NCBI GenBank assembly: GCA_963785725.1
Contig: CAWAWS010000039.1
Coordinates: 160,001-224,000, forward strand
From: an uncultured delta proteobacterium
Lineage (GTDB): Bacteria; Myxococcota_A; Polyangia; Palsa-1104
Direction of reading: 5' to 3'
DNA: 64,000 bases
The notes below the pieces were generated by a model. The model saw nothing but the letters and a program-made list of their open reading frames with translations, did not search any database and was not told where the DNA came from. The position numbers and the translations under genes were made by a program. Below, one piece after another: positions 63,278 through 64,000 of this stretch. Positions within the stretch are counted from its first letter, which is position 1, and each line of letters starts with the position of its first letter.

Positions 63278-63616
63278 ATGCCAATTACGAAAAGCGAGCT
63301 GATCGATCAAGTCGCGGACAAGCTGCGGCTGCCCAAAGCGCGGGCGGAGCAGATTGTGGACACCATCTTCGACTCGATGGTCAACGCGCTCAAGCAGGGC
63401 GACGGGATCGAGATTCGCGGGTTCGGCAGCTTCACGGTCCGCGAGTACAAGGGCTACGAAGGCCGCAACCCGCGCACCGGCGAAGCCGTGAAGGTGCAGC
63501 AGAAGCGCCTGCCGTTCTTCAAGGTCGGCAAGGAGCTGCGCGAGCGCGTGAACGATGGCCGCAGCGGCCCGGAGCCGTCTTCGGCCGTCCCGACGTCCTC
63601 CTCCACCGGCGGCTAG
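63278..63616 (+). CDS. ihfB: Integration host factor beta / HU family protein
   Basis: TKSELI, IEIRGFGSF, GRNPRTGE and PFFKVGKELRERVN. Confidence 0.92.
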   Translation: MPITKSELIDQVADKLRLPKARAEQIVDTIFDSMVNALKQGDGIEIRGFGSFTVREYKGYEGRNPRTGEAVKVQQKRLPFFKVGKELRERVNDGRSGPEPSSAVPTSSSTGG

Positions 63617-63712
63617 CTTCTATCGGTCGGCTGTTTCCGTCGATTAGCACCGTAGCGAGCGGTCCAAGCGCAAGGCAGTGACAACTGCGGCGATTGGACC
63701 GCGCCGCAGGTT

Positions 63713-64000
63713 CTATAGGATGTAGACGCGGCCGGCGTCGCCGTCGACGTAGAGCTCGGCCCCGTCGGCGATCGTGGTCGCGGCGCCGGTGCCGAGCACG
63801 GCGGGAATGCCATATTCGCGCGCCAACGTCGCCGCGTGCGAGAGCGCGCCGCCGTGATCGGTCACGAGCGCGCGCGCCAACGGCAACAGCGGCGCCAGCG
63901 ACGGCACGAGCGCGGGCGCGACGAGCACGGCGTCGGGCGGCAGCGTCGTCGGCGCGTCGGCCAGCGCGCGAATGACGACGGCGCGACCGCGCGCGCGACC
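63713..64000 (-). CDS. C-terminal PEP-utilising mobile (phospho-His) domain of a PEP synthase/rifampin phosphotransferase-like protein; truncated by the window edge
   Basis: LVTDHGGALSHAATLAREYGIPAVLG and VDGDAG. Confidence 0.85.
   Translation of the reverse strand, partial: GRARGRAVVIRALADAPTTLPPDAVLVAPALVPSLAPLLPLARALVTDHGGALSHAATLAREYGIPAVLGTGAATTIADGAELYVDGDAGRVYIL

Overview
A very GC-rich bacterial chromosomal segment. The gene content (FHA/TPR proteins, a Hanks kinase next to an FHA-sigma54 activator, Cys-rich lipoproteins, a CHAT protease) suggests Myxococcota/Polyangia; this is inference. Most genes are housekeeping or metabolic: plsY, folK, ZIP transporter, D-aminoacylase, dapL, aguB/aguA, UDG, dtd, dppBC, aceB plus an ICL2-type aceA, comM, recA, slyD, serS, addAB and ihfB. 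Roughly ten single-base indels break conserved genes, which looks like long-read or assembly error. I found no rRNA, tRNA, CRISPR array or transposase. Three observations stand out. (1) A complex I-like operon, nuoA-C-D-H-I-J-K-L-M-N, lacks nuoB/E/F/G and carries extra domains: a lipoprotein-type N-terminal domain on NuoH, a signal peptide plus Ig-like domain on NuoM, and an RnfB-type 4Fe-4S domain on NuoI. Nested palindromes lie upstream. (2) A ~155-nt structured intergenic element occurs three times (about 9.4, 25.4 and 30.1 kb), with covarying hairpins. (3) An apparently sigma54/enhancer-driven operon contains comM, a four-helix protein, recA and a degenerate nitrilase-fold protein. Several probable pseudo-enzymes and many leaderless-type promoters are also visible.
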